Both the position numbers and the translations under genes were made by a program. Below are positions 15,313 to 23,847 of a stretch of 64,000 nucleotides of DNA, in pieces. Source of the DNA: Candidatus Saccharimonadota bacterium (GTDB taxonomy: Bacteria; Patescibacteriota; Saccharimonadia; Saccharimonadales; AWTP1-31); the NCBI GenBank assembly GCA_003962975.1, contig RXKC01000009.1:9578-73577 (forward strand). The letters run 5' to 3'. The notes beneath the pieces are model-generated. The model saw only the letters and a list, made by a program, of their open reading frames with translations. It was not told the origin of the DNA and made no database searches. Each line of letters begins with the position of its first letter. Position 1 is the stretch's first letter.

Positions 15313-15971
15313 GATTTATGCTTCAGTTTAGCACGAAGCCGGTTAAGCTTGGGGTAGAGTAGGCTGGTCAGGGGTGGTCGAGCGGTAAGAATTCGAGCAG
15401 TTTCTAGAAGTGTTGCCAGATTTTTTTGGTTTGGTTTTTGGGCTATGGTTGTGAAGCTACTCCCTATACCTTTTATGCCATGAGCATCGCTACTGGCAGC
15501 GCCTGGCTTGTTGTGTAGTCGTGCCCACACGGCCGCTTTCGGGCCTTTGTTCTGGAACACGGCGCGGCCGTTATGCACCTCAACAATGTCTATGAGTGGA
15601 GCAATACTATCTAGTGCCTCTAGGGATATGCCCTTACGCACCGTTTCAAAAGGGTGGGGCACATAGACCAAGCCACCCTGTTTGGTGATTGCTTTGGCCG
15701 TAGCTTTGGCAGTCTGTCCTGGCATTACGCGGTCGGATAAAAACAGTCCGATTAACTCACCCTCACTGGTGGTAATTTCCTGACCAACAATAATGGCATC
15801 GCCATGTTCGCCGTGTAGCTGTTTGGCCATATCGATATGATCGTGGTCGGTAATAGCGATATAGTCCAGGGCTCCACTCGATAGTAGGTGAGCGTACTGC
15901 TTTGGTGAGATGCCTCCATCCGGAGAAGCGGTTGAATGGGTGTGCAGGTCAATTTTGTAGCCCTGACTCAT
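15309..15971 (-). CDS. PHP-domain metal-dependent phosphoesterase
   Basis: IDLHTHSTASPDG N-terminal PHP motif, then ITDHD, and SDAHG near the C-terminus. Confidence 0.85.
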   Translation of the reverse strand: MSQGYKIDLHTHSTASPDGGISPKQYAHLLSSGALDYIAITDHDHIDMAKQLHGEHGDAIIVGQEITTSEGELIGLFLSDRVMPGQTAKATAKAITKQGGLVYVPHPFETVRKGISLEALDSIAPLIDIVEVHNGRAVFQNKGPKAAVWARLHNKPGAASSDAHGIKGIGSSFTTIAQKPNQKNLATLLETARILTARPPLTSLLYPKLNRLRAKLKHKS

Positions 15972-15973
15972 TG

Positions 15974-16603
15974 CTACAGCCTTTGCATGATTGCACGCAT
16001 GCGACCAAGTGCCGTGAAGCTGCTAGTAATAGCAACCAACACTACAATCACGTCTAAGCGGCCTGCGAGTAGACCAATAAAGAATATAGTCATGCGTACG
16101 TCATAGGTCATAATGCCGGATCGAAACGACAAGTTGATTTTGTGGCCTTCAGTTTTGCGCGTAGTCACGACGGCTTCACCCCAGGCATTTACATAACTTA
16201 CAAGCATCGAGACGCCACAGGCGGCCACTGCCCACACGGCATAATAGGGCAGGTCATGAGCGATAAAGTAGTAGCTTGCCCCAACGTAGAGCATGGCTTC
16301 TTTCATGCGGTCAGTTATTGAATCAAGCAGCATTCCTCGAGGGCTACTGGTTTTTTGGATACGAGCAATTGCGCCGTCCAAGGCATCAAAAAGACCAAAT
16401 ACTAGCAGCAGTCCGGCCGCCCAGTACAGGCTGCCCTGCGCAACGAGGTAGGCAATAATGATATGCGTAAACAGACTGGTCAGGGTTATGGCATTTGGCG
16501 ACAAACGACCACCCGTTAGCCTGTTAAGTACGACGGCAAACTGACCAATCAGTGCCTTGCTAAAGTCACGAAAACTACTAATAAGTCGGGCCACTGGTTG
16601 CAT
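15974..16603 (-). CDS. CDP-alcohol phosphatidyltransferase family protein
   Basis: DALDGAIARIQKTSSPRGMLLDSITDRMKE fits D-G-x2-A-R-x8-G-x3-D-x3-D. The protein has multiple TM helices. Confidence 0.88.
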   Translation of the reverse strand: MQPVARLISSFRDFSKALIGQFAVVLNRLTGGRLSPNAITLTSLFTHIIIAYLVAQGSLYWAAGLLLVFGLFDALDGAIARIQKTSSPRGMLLDSITDRMKEAMLYVGASYYFIAHDLPYYAVWAVAACGVSMLVSYVNAWGEAVVTTRKTEGHKINLSFRSGIMTYDVRMTIFFIGLLAGRLDVIVVLVAITSSFTALGRMRAIMQRL

Positions 16604-16641
16604 TACTGCTAGTATACCCCATAAACAAGTATACTAATGCT

Positions 16642-17349
16642 ATGAAATCCAACCGGATTATCAGGTCGCTTGCCTTGGCAAGCTTGGTGAGTGTCGCTCT
16701 GTACGTTGCACGGGCTCTGACCTTTAGTAGTACAGAATTTTGGTACTTAAACTGGAATCTGCTCTTGGCTTGGGTGCCGCTCATTTTCTCATATATGCTG
16801 GTACGGCACTGCATTACCGGTTTCTGGGTCAGTACCAAAGGTATTCTTCTGACAATACTCTGGCTACTCTTTTTGCCGAATAGTTTTTACTTAGCGACTG
16901 ACTTTATCCATTTACAGCGAAGTACCAGTGAATCACTGTTGTTCGATATTGTGTTGCTACTCAGCTACACATTTAACGGTTTTATCGTTGGCTACCTCAG
17001 TGTTTATTCAGTACACCAGCTTTTGCTACGCAGAATGGCACGTAGAAAATCTCATTTGCTGGTAGCAGGGGTGTTTTTACTCTGTAGCTTTGCAATTTAT
17101 CTCGGGCGATACTTGCGATGGAATAGCTGGGATATCATTTTTAATCCGGCAGGAATCTTGTTTGATGTATCAGATCGGTTTCTTAACCCAGCTGATCATG
17201 AGCAAACTTTTTGGACCACAGCACTGTTCTTTGTACTAATCAGTTCTGTATATATGGTTTTGTGGTCACTCCTGCGAGAAGTGCAGCTTGCCAGTGTCTC
17301 AAAGGCAGTAAGGCAACCAGCGCTACCTCGGCGTGGCAGAACTCGCTAA
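16642..17349 (+). CDS. Polytopic membrane protein (DUF1361-like)
   Basis: 235 aa with about 6 TM helices. The WYLNWNLLLAWVPL block resembles DUF1361 as I remember it; unverified. Confidence 0.55.
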   Translation: MKSNRIIRSLALASLVSVALYVARALTFSSTEFWYLNWNLLLAWVPLIFSYMLVRHCITGFWVSTKGILLTILWLLFLPNSFYLATDFIHLQRSTSESLLFDIVLLLSYTFNGFIVGYLSVYSVHQLLLRRMARRKSHLLVAGVFLLCSFAIYLGRYLRWNSWDIIFNPAGILFDVSDRFLNPADHEQTFWTTALFFVLISSVYMVLWSLLREVQLASVSKAVRQPALPRRGRTR

Positions 17350-17392
17350 TCACCGGTAGTAAAATCACCCCTAACAGGGTAGAATAGCTTTC

Positions 17393-19063
17393 ATGGAACC
17401 AGTACAAACCCATCTGCAAAAGGTGGTTAAAGATCTCTTTGCCGTAGAGGTGGCCGTAGACTTGACGCGCCCTGACGCCGAATTTGGTGACTATGCCACC
17501 AATGTCGCGATGCAGTTGAGTAAGCAGCTTGGCAAAAACCCCCGTGAAGTTGCACAACAAATTGCCGATGCACTTAACACTGGTAAAGCTGACCTGGGCG
17601 AAGTCAGTATAGCTGGTCCAGGCTTTATTAATCTGCGACTGATAGACAAAGCAGTCATTGCTCATCTCAAAAAGGCGACTACATTGCCACAAACCTTGGC
17701 TGGCCAAACCAGCGTGGTTGAATACTCGGATCCTAATCCTTTTAAAGTACTGCACGTTGGCCACTTATATGACAGCGTGGTCGGGGAGTCGATTGCTCGT
17801 TTGCAAGAGGCTGCCGGAGCAAAAGTACACAGGGTAAACTTTGGTGGCGATGTTGGGCTGCATGTCGGTAAAACCATGTGGGCTGTACTGCAATACCTAG
17901 GCGGTGAAAACCCCGAGGAATTGTATGCGATTCCGCAAGATGAAAGAGCTGTATGGCTGAGTAACCGCTATGTTGAGGGCAGCAACGCCTATGAAGATAA
18001 CCAAGAAGCTCACGACGAAATTGTGTCACTGAACCAAAGAGTGTACCAGTTGCATGCCGACAACGATCACGGCAGTCCTTTTGCACAAATTTATTGGACA
18101 ACCAGACAGTGGAGCTACGAATACTTTGATGCCTTTTATGATCGTATTGGAACCAAATTTGAGAAGTACTACCCAGAGAGTATCACTGCACCAGTTGGTA
18201 TTGCGGCAGTTCGTGAACAGCTCAAGAATGGTGTCTTTAAGGAGTCTGACGGAGCTGTTGTATTCGACGGCGAAGCTGTTGGCTTGCATACACGCGTGTT
18301 CATTAACTCTGCAGGACTGCCAACCTACGAAGCCAAAGATATCGGTCTAGCGCTCTGCAAGTGGCAAGATTACCAGTTTGATCAAACAGTTATTATCACC
18401 GGCAATGACATCGTTGAATATATGAAGGTGATCTTAGCAGCACTTGGGCAGTTCCAACCCAAGCTTGCTGAAAGAACGACCCATATTACGCACGGCATGG
18501 TCAAAATGAGCGGTGGGGTAAAAATGAGTAGCCGAAAGGGCAATATCCTACGTGCTGTCGACGTGCTCGATATGACGACCGAAGCCTTTAAAGCGAGCGG
18601 ACGCGAGGCTAATGAATCGATTACCCAAGGTGCTATAAAGTACGCGTTCCTTAAAGCGCGTATTGGTGGCGATATACATTTTAATGTTGAAGAATCAGTC
18701 AGTATGGAAGGCAACAGTGGCCCATATCTTCAGTATGCTCACGCTCGTGCCCAGAGCATTTTGCACAAAACAAAAACTATACCAGCTCCAACTATCACCG
18801 AGCTGGTAGCCGGCGAGCGCGCTCTGGCAGTCAAACTAACAGAGTATGCAGATGTCGTTACTAAAGCTACGAAAGACCTGACACCTCACGTTATTTGTAC
18901 CTACCTGTATGAACTCACCCAAGAATTCAACCGTTTCTACGAAAAAAATCGTGTCATTGACGACGAGCGCGAAGCCGAACGACTGTACCTGGTAAAGAAG
19001 TATGCCACTATACTAAAAAAAGGCCTGCAACTTCTTGGTATTGATGCTCCTGGGCAAATGTAA
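17393..19063 (+). CDS. argS: Arginine--tRNA ligase
   Basis: 556 aa with PNPFKVLHVGHL (HIGH), MSSRKG (KMSK-like) and a C-terminal DALR anticodon-binding-like region. Confidence 0.95.
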   Translation: MEPVQTHLQKVVKDLFAVEVAVDLTRPDAEFGDYATNVAMQLSKQLGKNPREVAQQIADALNTGKADLGEVSIAGPGFINLRLIDKAVIAHLKKATTLPQTLAGQTSVVEYSDPNPFKVLHVGHLYDSVVGESIARLQEAAGAKVHRVNFGGDVGLHVGKTMWAVLQYLGGENPEELYAIPQDERAVWLSNRYVEGSNAYEDNQEAHDEIVSLNQRVYQLHADNDHGSPFAQIYWTTRQWSYEYFDAFYDRIGTKFEKYYPESITAPVGIAAVREQLKNGVFKESDGAVVFDGEAVGLHTRVFINSAGLPTYEAKDIGLALCKWQDYQFDQTVIITGNDIVEYMKVILAALGQFQPKLAERTTHITHGMVKMSGGVKMSSRKGNILRAVDVLDMTTEAFKASGREANESITQGAIKYAFLKARIGGDIHFNVEESVSMEGNSGPYLQYAHARAQSILHKTKTIPAPTITELVAGERALAVKLTEYADVVTKATKDLTPHVICTYLYELTQEFNRFYEKNRVIDDEREAERLYLVKKYATILKKGLQLLGIDAPGQM

Positions 19064-19077
19064 GGAACGGGTGGTAT

Positions 19078-19794
19078 ATGTCGTCAGTAATTCATGCCAT
19101 TCAGCAAAAGCTGAGAGATCAAGCAGATCCGGTTAAAGCTGATTTTTTCCCGCATTTTTTCAAGCTCGAGGAAGGTGACACCGATGAATTTTTGGGTGTT
19201 ACGGTGCCAAAACAGCGACAAATCGTAAAAGAATATTACAAGCAACTTACCCCAAAAGAAGTGCTCGAGTTGCTCCATTCCACTGTGCATGAAGAGCGGC
19301 TAACCGCCCTCATGATCTGGGTTACACAGTTCAAGCGAGGCAATGAAGACACAAGGGCAGAAATCTATGACCTGTACCTGCAAAATACCCAGTGGGTAAA
19401 CAACTGGGATCTTGTGGATACCAGTTGTCGAGATATCGTGGGCGCCTTTATCTTCGACAAAGATCAGACGATTCTTGATCAGCTCAGTACATCTAAGAAT
19501 ATGTGGGAACAGCGCATTGCCATGGTAAGCACCTGGTATTTTATTCGCGAAGGTCAATTCGGCTGGACGCTCAAGTTGGCTGAACACTATCTTGGACATA
19601 CGCATCACTACATTCATAAGGCAACCGGGTGGATGCTACGAGAAGTTGGCAAACGTGATAGGGCAGTGCTGCTAGATTTTCTCGATGAACATGCGGCAGA
19701 GATGCCCCGTACAGCGCTGCGATACGCCATAGAGCACCTTGATGAGGTGACACGTAGAAGCTATATGCACCAGCTACCAAAGCTTGCAAAATAG
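19078..19794 (+). CDS. DNA alkylation repair protein (AlkC/AlkD-like HEAT-repeat glycosylase family)
   Basis: 238 aa. ADPVKADFFPHFFK...FLGVTVPKQRQI and the WV..WDLVD block are typical of this family. Confidence 0.78.
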   Translation: MSSVIHAIQQKLRDQADPVKADFFPHFFKLEEGDTDEFLGVTVPKQRQIVKEYYKQLTPKEVLELLHSTVHEERLTALMIWVTQFKRGNEDTRAEIYDLYLQNTQWVNNWDLVDTSCRDIVGAFIFDKDQTILDQLSTSKNMWEQRIAMVSTWYFIREGQFGWTLKLAEHYLGHTHHYIHKATGWMLREVGKRDRAVLLDFLDEHAAEMPRTALRYAIEHLDEVTRRSYMHQLPKLAK

Positions 19795-19812
19795 CAATGC
19801 TTATGCTATAAT
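19784..19812 (+). promoter_or_regulatory. Consensus promoter (TTGCAA, 17-nt spacer, TGC-TATAAT) for a leaderless ORF
   Basis: TTGCAA at 19784-19789, a 17-nt spacer, then TATAAT at 19807-19812 preceded by TGc. The ATG at 19820 follows after 7 nt. Confidence 0.55.
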
Positions 19813-19819
19813 AATCTAC

Positions 19820-20125
19820 ATGACACATATACCTGGCGTCATTCCTCGAACAGCAGAAGTCCTTTTGCAAGAGTCGCATCCGATCGCTCTTGATATAGGG
19901 CCTATCCCTGCTGGTTTGCCGGAAGACCCTACTCAGTTTCGTTTTGCAGAACCAGAAGTCGCCACCGCACGCAAAGACGACAACAACATCCTGCGGCCAG
20001 ATACCATAGACCGGTGGCCAATCACCGGCAACGACAGATTTGAGCCAACAGTACGTGTTATGGGACGCTGTGCTAATTTGAGCTTAGTTTATCCTGTACC
20101 TCATCGTACACAGCAAAGACGCTAG
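19820..20125 (+). CDS. Hypothetical protein (101 aa), probably leaderless
   Basis: I trimmed the track ORF (19784) to the ATG at 19820 to fit the promoter geometry. No recognised motifs, so coding status is uncertain. Confidence 0.4.
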   Translation: MTHIPGVIPRTAEVLLQESHPIALDIGPIPAGLPEDPTQFRFAEPEVATARKDDNNILRPDTIDRWPITGNDRFEPTVRVMGRCANLSLVYPVPHRTQQRR

Positions 20126-20182
20126 CAAAACTACCCAGCTAATCTTCTCGGCGCGCTATAATAGCCGCATAAGGGGGAAGAT

Positions 20183-20590
20183 ATGAATATAAACTATCCA
20201 GCGTTGTATGGACTTACACTGGCGTTCTTTTTGCTGCTCGACGGTTTGTGGCTCGGTCTCATTGCCAAGAATTTATACGCAACCGAACTCAAGGGGCTGA
20301 TGACGAATAACGTCAAATGGGGTGCTGCAGTACTGTTTTATCTTCTCTTTGTTGCCGGGCTCATTTATTTCGTAATTGCGCCAACACTTAAGAGCGGTGC
20401 AATGAATCAGCTCATTATCGCAGGCGGGCTGTTTGGTCTGATCACGTATGCAACTTATGATCTTACAAACTATGCAACGCTAAAAGGGTTCTCGCTTAAG
20501 ATCGTCGTACTAGATATGATATGGGGTACATTCCTCAGTGGAGCAGTTGCAACGCTGGCTTATACCGCGTATAACAAACTTATCGGTTAA
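20183..20590 (+). CDS. DUF2177 family membrane protein
   Basis: 135 aa with 4 TM helices. LLLDGLWLGLIAKNLY and YATYDLTNYATLKGF...DMIWGTFLSG match the conserved DUF2177 blocks. SD is GGGGGAAG. Confidence 0.65.
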   Translation: MNINYPALYGLTLAFFLLLDGLWLGLIAKNLYATELKGLMTNNVKWGAAVLFYLLFVAGLIYFVIAPTLKSGAMNQLIIAGGLFGLITYATYDLTNYATLKGFSLKIVVLDMIWGTFLSGAVATLAYTAYNKLIG

Positions 20591-20613
20591 TTGAAAAGCT
20601 ATAAGGAGCTGCG

Positions 20614-20946
20614 ATGAACAAACAGCTTAAAGGGTTTATGAATTTTGTACGCGAGCAGGGCGTAGTCGGTCTAGCAGTCGGTCTAGCAATAGGTACACAA
20701 GCAGGTAAGGCAGTCGAAGCAATTGTAAAAGGGTTCATTAACCCAATTGTTAGCTTCGTTGTTGGTGACACCAAGGGTCTTGATGCTGCCACTTGGACGG
20801 TATACGAAAGTTCAAGTCGCGAGCTCGTCTTTGGCTGGGGTGGTATCGTTTCAGCGCTCATTACACTGCTGGCTGTGTCTGCGGTTATCTATTACGTAGT
20901 ACACGGTCTGCGCCTAGACAAAGCCGATCGAAAAAAAGACAAATAG
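20614..20946 (+). CDS. mscL: Large-conductance mechanosensitive channel MscL
   Basis: 110 aa. LKGFMNFVREQGVVGLAVGLAIGTQAGKAVEAIVKGFINP parallels the MscL N-terminus/TM1, and a second TM and basic tail follow. Confidence 0.8.
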   Translation: MNKQLKGFMNFVREQGVVGLAVGLAIGTQAGKAVEAIVKGFINPIVSFVVGDTKGLDAATWTVYESSSRELVFGWGGIVSALITLLAVSAVIYYVVHGLRLDKADRKKDK

Positions 20947-20986
20947 AACAGCAGACCCAATAATAACAGATTGAGTACATTGCTTT

Positions 20987-21006
20987 AATACCATAAATAT
21001 GGTATT
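20987..21006. repeat. Perfect 9-2-9 inverted repeat (AATACCATA-aa-TATGGTATT)
   Basis: It lies between the mscL stop and the start of the next gene. It could be a weak AT-rich terminator or an operator. Confidence 0.45.
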
Positions 21007-21014
21007 GTTTGTGA

Positions 21015-21923
21015 ATGAATAGGCTTTGTCCTGAGGTTGTTAGTCGACCTGTGGCGCCACGTTTTAAACGACGAGCTGCTGCTGTATTGCTGGCTGTCTC
21101 TATGACAGCTGCGGGAGCATGTGGCTCGGATACTCAGGTAGCCGAGGCAAAAAGTAGTACCCAAAGTTCCACTACGGATGCTCCTCGTAAAACAGAAGTA
21201 AAAGAAGTTATTGGGAATGATCTGGACAGCCTGGGTGACGCATTGTCGCGGCGGGTTGTGCGAGTCAGGTCAAGCGCGGGGAAGTGCACGGGTTTATTCG
21301 TTGCTATTGATGACGACAAAGACGTTCTTTTGACAGCGAGCCACTGTGATACAGACCAAAAGACCGGGCGGAAGACCACGTTTTTGAAGTATACCGAGCA
21401 GGATGGTAGTGTGAATTCGATCGGTTCTACTCGCTGGGTAACCGAGCCGCTCGAACAAGATGTCTTAGTGGCACAATTCTCGGGTGAGCGCAGCGCTGAC
21501 ATGACATGGTCCATGCCAGAAAAACCTGACGCCACTATGCCTAAAAAGGGCGCACAGTTTGTTGCTGCAACTTGGCCAACAAGTTCGACGCAGCCTATAG
21601 TCAGTAAATTCACTTTTTTGGGTGTGGACACCACCTTAACTGATGAACCAAAATTTGTGTTCTATGCCAACCCCGATAACTCTGATCCGAATGCTGAAAA
21701 GGCGTGCGGTATCGCAAGCAGCGGCTCGTATCTTACAAACGGCACACACTCAGCGGTTATGTCTGCAGCCTGGAGTTCAAGCCATCCCGACTGGGATATT
21801 GCCCGCCAGGGTGTTGAGGAGATGCTCAATACTACTCTCCCTGAGGATGTAACTCAAATATGCTACGGTGCAGAAGTTAATATCGATGAGATTTCAGTCT
21901 TTGCAGATGATTTAGCAGCCTGA
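21015..21923 (+). CDS. Predicted lipoprotein, trypsin-like (S1) serine peptidase fold with a variant Ser motif
   Basis: Signal plus lipobox-like LAVSMTAAGAC. LLTASHCD resembles the TAAHC His motif. CGIASSGSY sits where GDSGG would be. No other support. Confidence 0.5.
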   Translation: MNRLCPEVVSRPVAPRFKRRAAAVLLAVSMTAAGACGSDTQVAEAKSSTQSSTTDAPRKTEVKEVIGNDLDSLGDALSRRVVRVRSSAGKCTGLFVAIDDDKDVLLTASHCDTDQKTGRKTTFLKYTEQDGSVNSIGSTRWVTEPLEQDVLVAQFSGERSADMTWSMPEKPDATMPKKGAQFVAATWPTSSTQPIVSKFTFLGVDTTLTDEPKFVFYANPDNSDPNAEKACGIASSGSYLTNGTHSAVMSAAWSSSHPDWDIARQGVEEMLNTTLPEDVTQICYGAEVNIDEISVFADDLAA

Positions 21924-22042
21924 CACAATTCGGGCCGTACCTGATTCTGGTTGTGGTACACTAAGTTTCTAGAGGGGGAAACAAAAATAGCACTGTTTGG
22001 GCAAGCAGTGCCGGGGAAACATATCATATGGAGGGGTTTTAA

Positions 22043-22996
22043 GTGCAAGCAATAAACGGCGACTATACCGGTAAAGATATCCTTGCGACATCCCAATTTA
22101 CGACCCACGACATCGATATATTATTCGCTGAAGCTAATCGAATCCGTACTAAGATTGAGCGCGGTGAAGTGCTGACATCACTGCAAGGGCAGATCATCGC
22201 TAATTTATTCTACGAGCCGTCCACTAGGACGGCTTCTTCTTTTGTTGCTGCCGCACAACGTCTGGGCGGAGGCATTATTCCCATTAGTGATGTGCATTAT
22301 TCGTCTGTGAGTAAAGGCGAAAACTTGCCAGACACCGTACGAACACTTGAGCAATATGCCGACGTAATTATCTTGCGTCATAGCGAGCAAGGGCAGGCAG
22401 GCGTAGCTGCTGCAGCTGCGAAAAAGCCCATTATCAATGCTGGTGATGGTGCTGGCGAGCACCCTACACAAGCATTGCTTGATCTGTACACTATTTTGCG
22501 AGAATGTGGGCGTGTCCACGACCTCACGGTAACCATGGTGGGTGATCTCAAGTATGGTCGCACCGTCCATTCTTTAGTGCGGCTACTTGCAATGTACGGA
22601 GTAAAAATCAACTATGTTGCTCCAGATAGTTTACGCATGCCGCCACAGCTTGTGTACGAACTCGCCTCGCGTGGATTGCAGCAACACGAAACAACCGACC
22701 TCGAATCAGTTCTCGCTGACACAGATGTTTTGTATGTAACCAGAGTCCAGAAAGAACGTTTTAAGTCAGAAAAAGAATACTTAGCCGTAAAAGGCAGTTA
22801 TATTCTGACACCAGAAATAATGACTCGCGCATCCCGTTCTATGATTGTGATGCATCCATTACCACGGGTAGATGAGATAGATCCTGGGGTCGATAGCGAC
22901 CCGCGGGCTGTCTATTTTTGGCAAGTCGAGAATGGTTTGTACTTGCGAGCGGCTCTTTTGAGCCTAGTGCTCGGCAAAGCTGGCGCCCGGGCGTAA
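22043..22996 (+). CDS. pyrB: Aspartate carbamoyltransferase catalytic subunit
   Basis: GTG start with SD GGAGGGG. Motifs FYEPSTRTASSF, GEHPTQALLD and MHPLPR are present. Confidence 0.9.
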   Translation: MQAINGDYTGKDILATSQFTTHDIDILFAEANRIRTKIERGEVLTSLQGQIIANLFYEPSTRTASSFVAAAQRLGGGIIPISDVHYSSVSKGENLPDTVRTLEQYADVIILRHSEQGQAGVAAAAAKKPIINAGDGAGEHPTQALLDLYTILRECGRVHDLTVTMVGDLKYGRTVHSLVRLLAMYGVKINYVAPDSLRMPPQLVYELASRGLQQHETTDLESVLADTDVLYVTRVQKERFKSEKEYLAVKGSYILTPEIMTRASRSMIVMHPLPRVDEIDPGVDSDPRAVYFWQVENGLYLRAALLSLVLGKAGARA

Positions 22997-23005
22997 AATA
23001 GATCT

Positions 23006-23422
23006 ATGGCAAACAAGTCGTTGACGGAAGATGAATGGAAAAAGAAGCTGACGCCACAGCAGTTCCATGTACTGAGAGAAAAGGGCACAGAGCATCCCGG
23101 CAGTGGAGTATATCTAGATCATGATGAAGACGGTATGTATTCCTGTGCCGGTTGTGGCAACAAGCTTTTTAAAAGTGACTCAAAATACGAATCAACCTTA
23201 CCTGGACTGATCGGTTGGCCTAGTTTTTCGGAACTGGCAGATGATGCCAGCGTCAAACTTGTCGATGACAATGCACTAGGTATGCAGCGGACAGAAGTAA
23301 TTTGTGCTAAGTGCGGTGGTCATTTGGGGCACGTTTTTCCTGATCATACGTCGGATACCGGGCAGCATTACTGTATCAACTCAGTAGCACTGAACTTTAA
23401 GGCAGATAAAGAAACGACCTAG
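23006..23422 (+). CDS. msrB: Peptide-methionine (R)-S-oxide reductase MsrB
   Basis: CAGCGNKLF and RTEVICAKCGGHLGHVF are canonical MsrB zinc and catalytic motifs. Confidence 0.93.
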   Translation: MANKSLTEDEWKKKLTPQQFHVLREKGTEHPGSGVYLDHDEDGMYSCAGCGNKLFKSDSKYESTLPGLIGWPSFSELADDASVKLVDDNALGMQRTEVICAKCGGHLGHVFPDHTSDTGQHYCINSVALNFKADKETT

Positions 23423-23424
23423 CG

Positions 23425-23772
23425 CTAGTCGGAGTACTTTGAGCCCCAGGCTGCCATTTGCTTCAGAATAGGCAGTAGGTCATAGCCTTTTTCGGTCAGG
23501 GTATATTCGATACGTGGCGGAACTTCGGCAAACGATTTTTTGCTAACGACACCTTCTGCCTCTAGTTCGTCAAGGCGCTGCGATAAAGTGCGCGGGCTGA
23601 TACCGGGTAGGGACGCTTCAAAATCTTTAAATCGTTTTGGGCCGCCACTGAGGTCACGCAGAATAAGAGCAGTCCATTTGCTGCCCAGAATATTAGCCGC
23701 ACAGGCAATACAACCTTCGCGTGGTTCAATTTTCCGATTGGTAGCTTTAGCGATAGGGTTAGAAATTTTCAT
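23425..23772 (-). CDS. HxlR family winged-helix transcriptional regulator
   Basis: 115 aa. C..A.NILGSKWTALILRDL and the PPRIEYTLTEKG blocks are typical of HxlR. It is divergent from an FMN reductase gene. Confidence 0.88.
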   Translation of the reverse strand: MKISNPIAKATNRKIEPREGCIACAANILGSKWTALILRDLSGGPKRFKDFEASLPGISPRTLSQRLDELEAEGVVSKKSFAEVPPRIEYTLTEKGYDLLPILKQMAAWGSKYSD

Positions 23773-23783
23773 ACTTTACAAAA

Positions 23784-23824
23784 TATAGTATCGGGAGTTA
23801 TACTCAATACTACATAAAGTATAG
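23784..23824. promoter_or_regulatory. Candidate HxlR operator region with four AGTAT/ATACT half-sites
   Basis: AGTAT (23787), ATACT (23800), ATACT (23807) and AGTAT (23818) form two inverted pairs in the divergent intergenic region. Confidence 0.3.
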
Positions 23825-23847
23825 CATGGAATGCGAGGATAGTTTAC

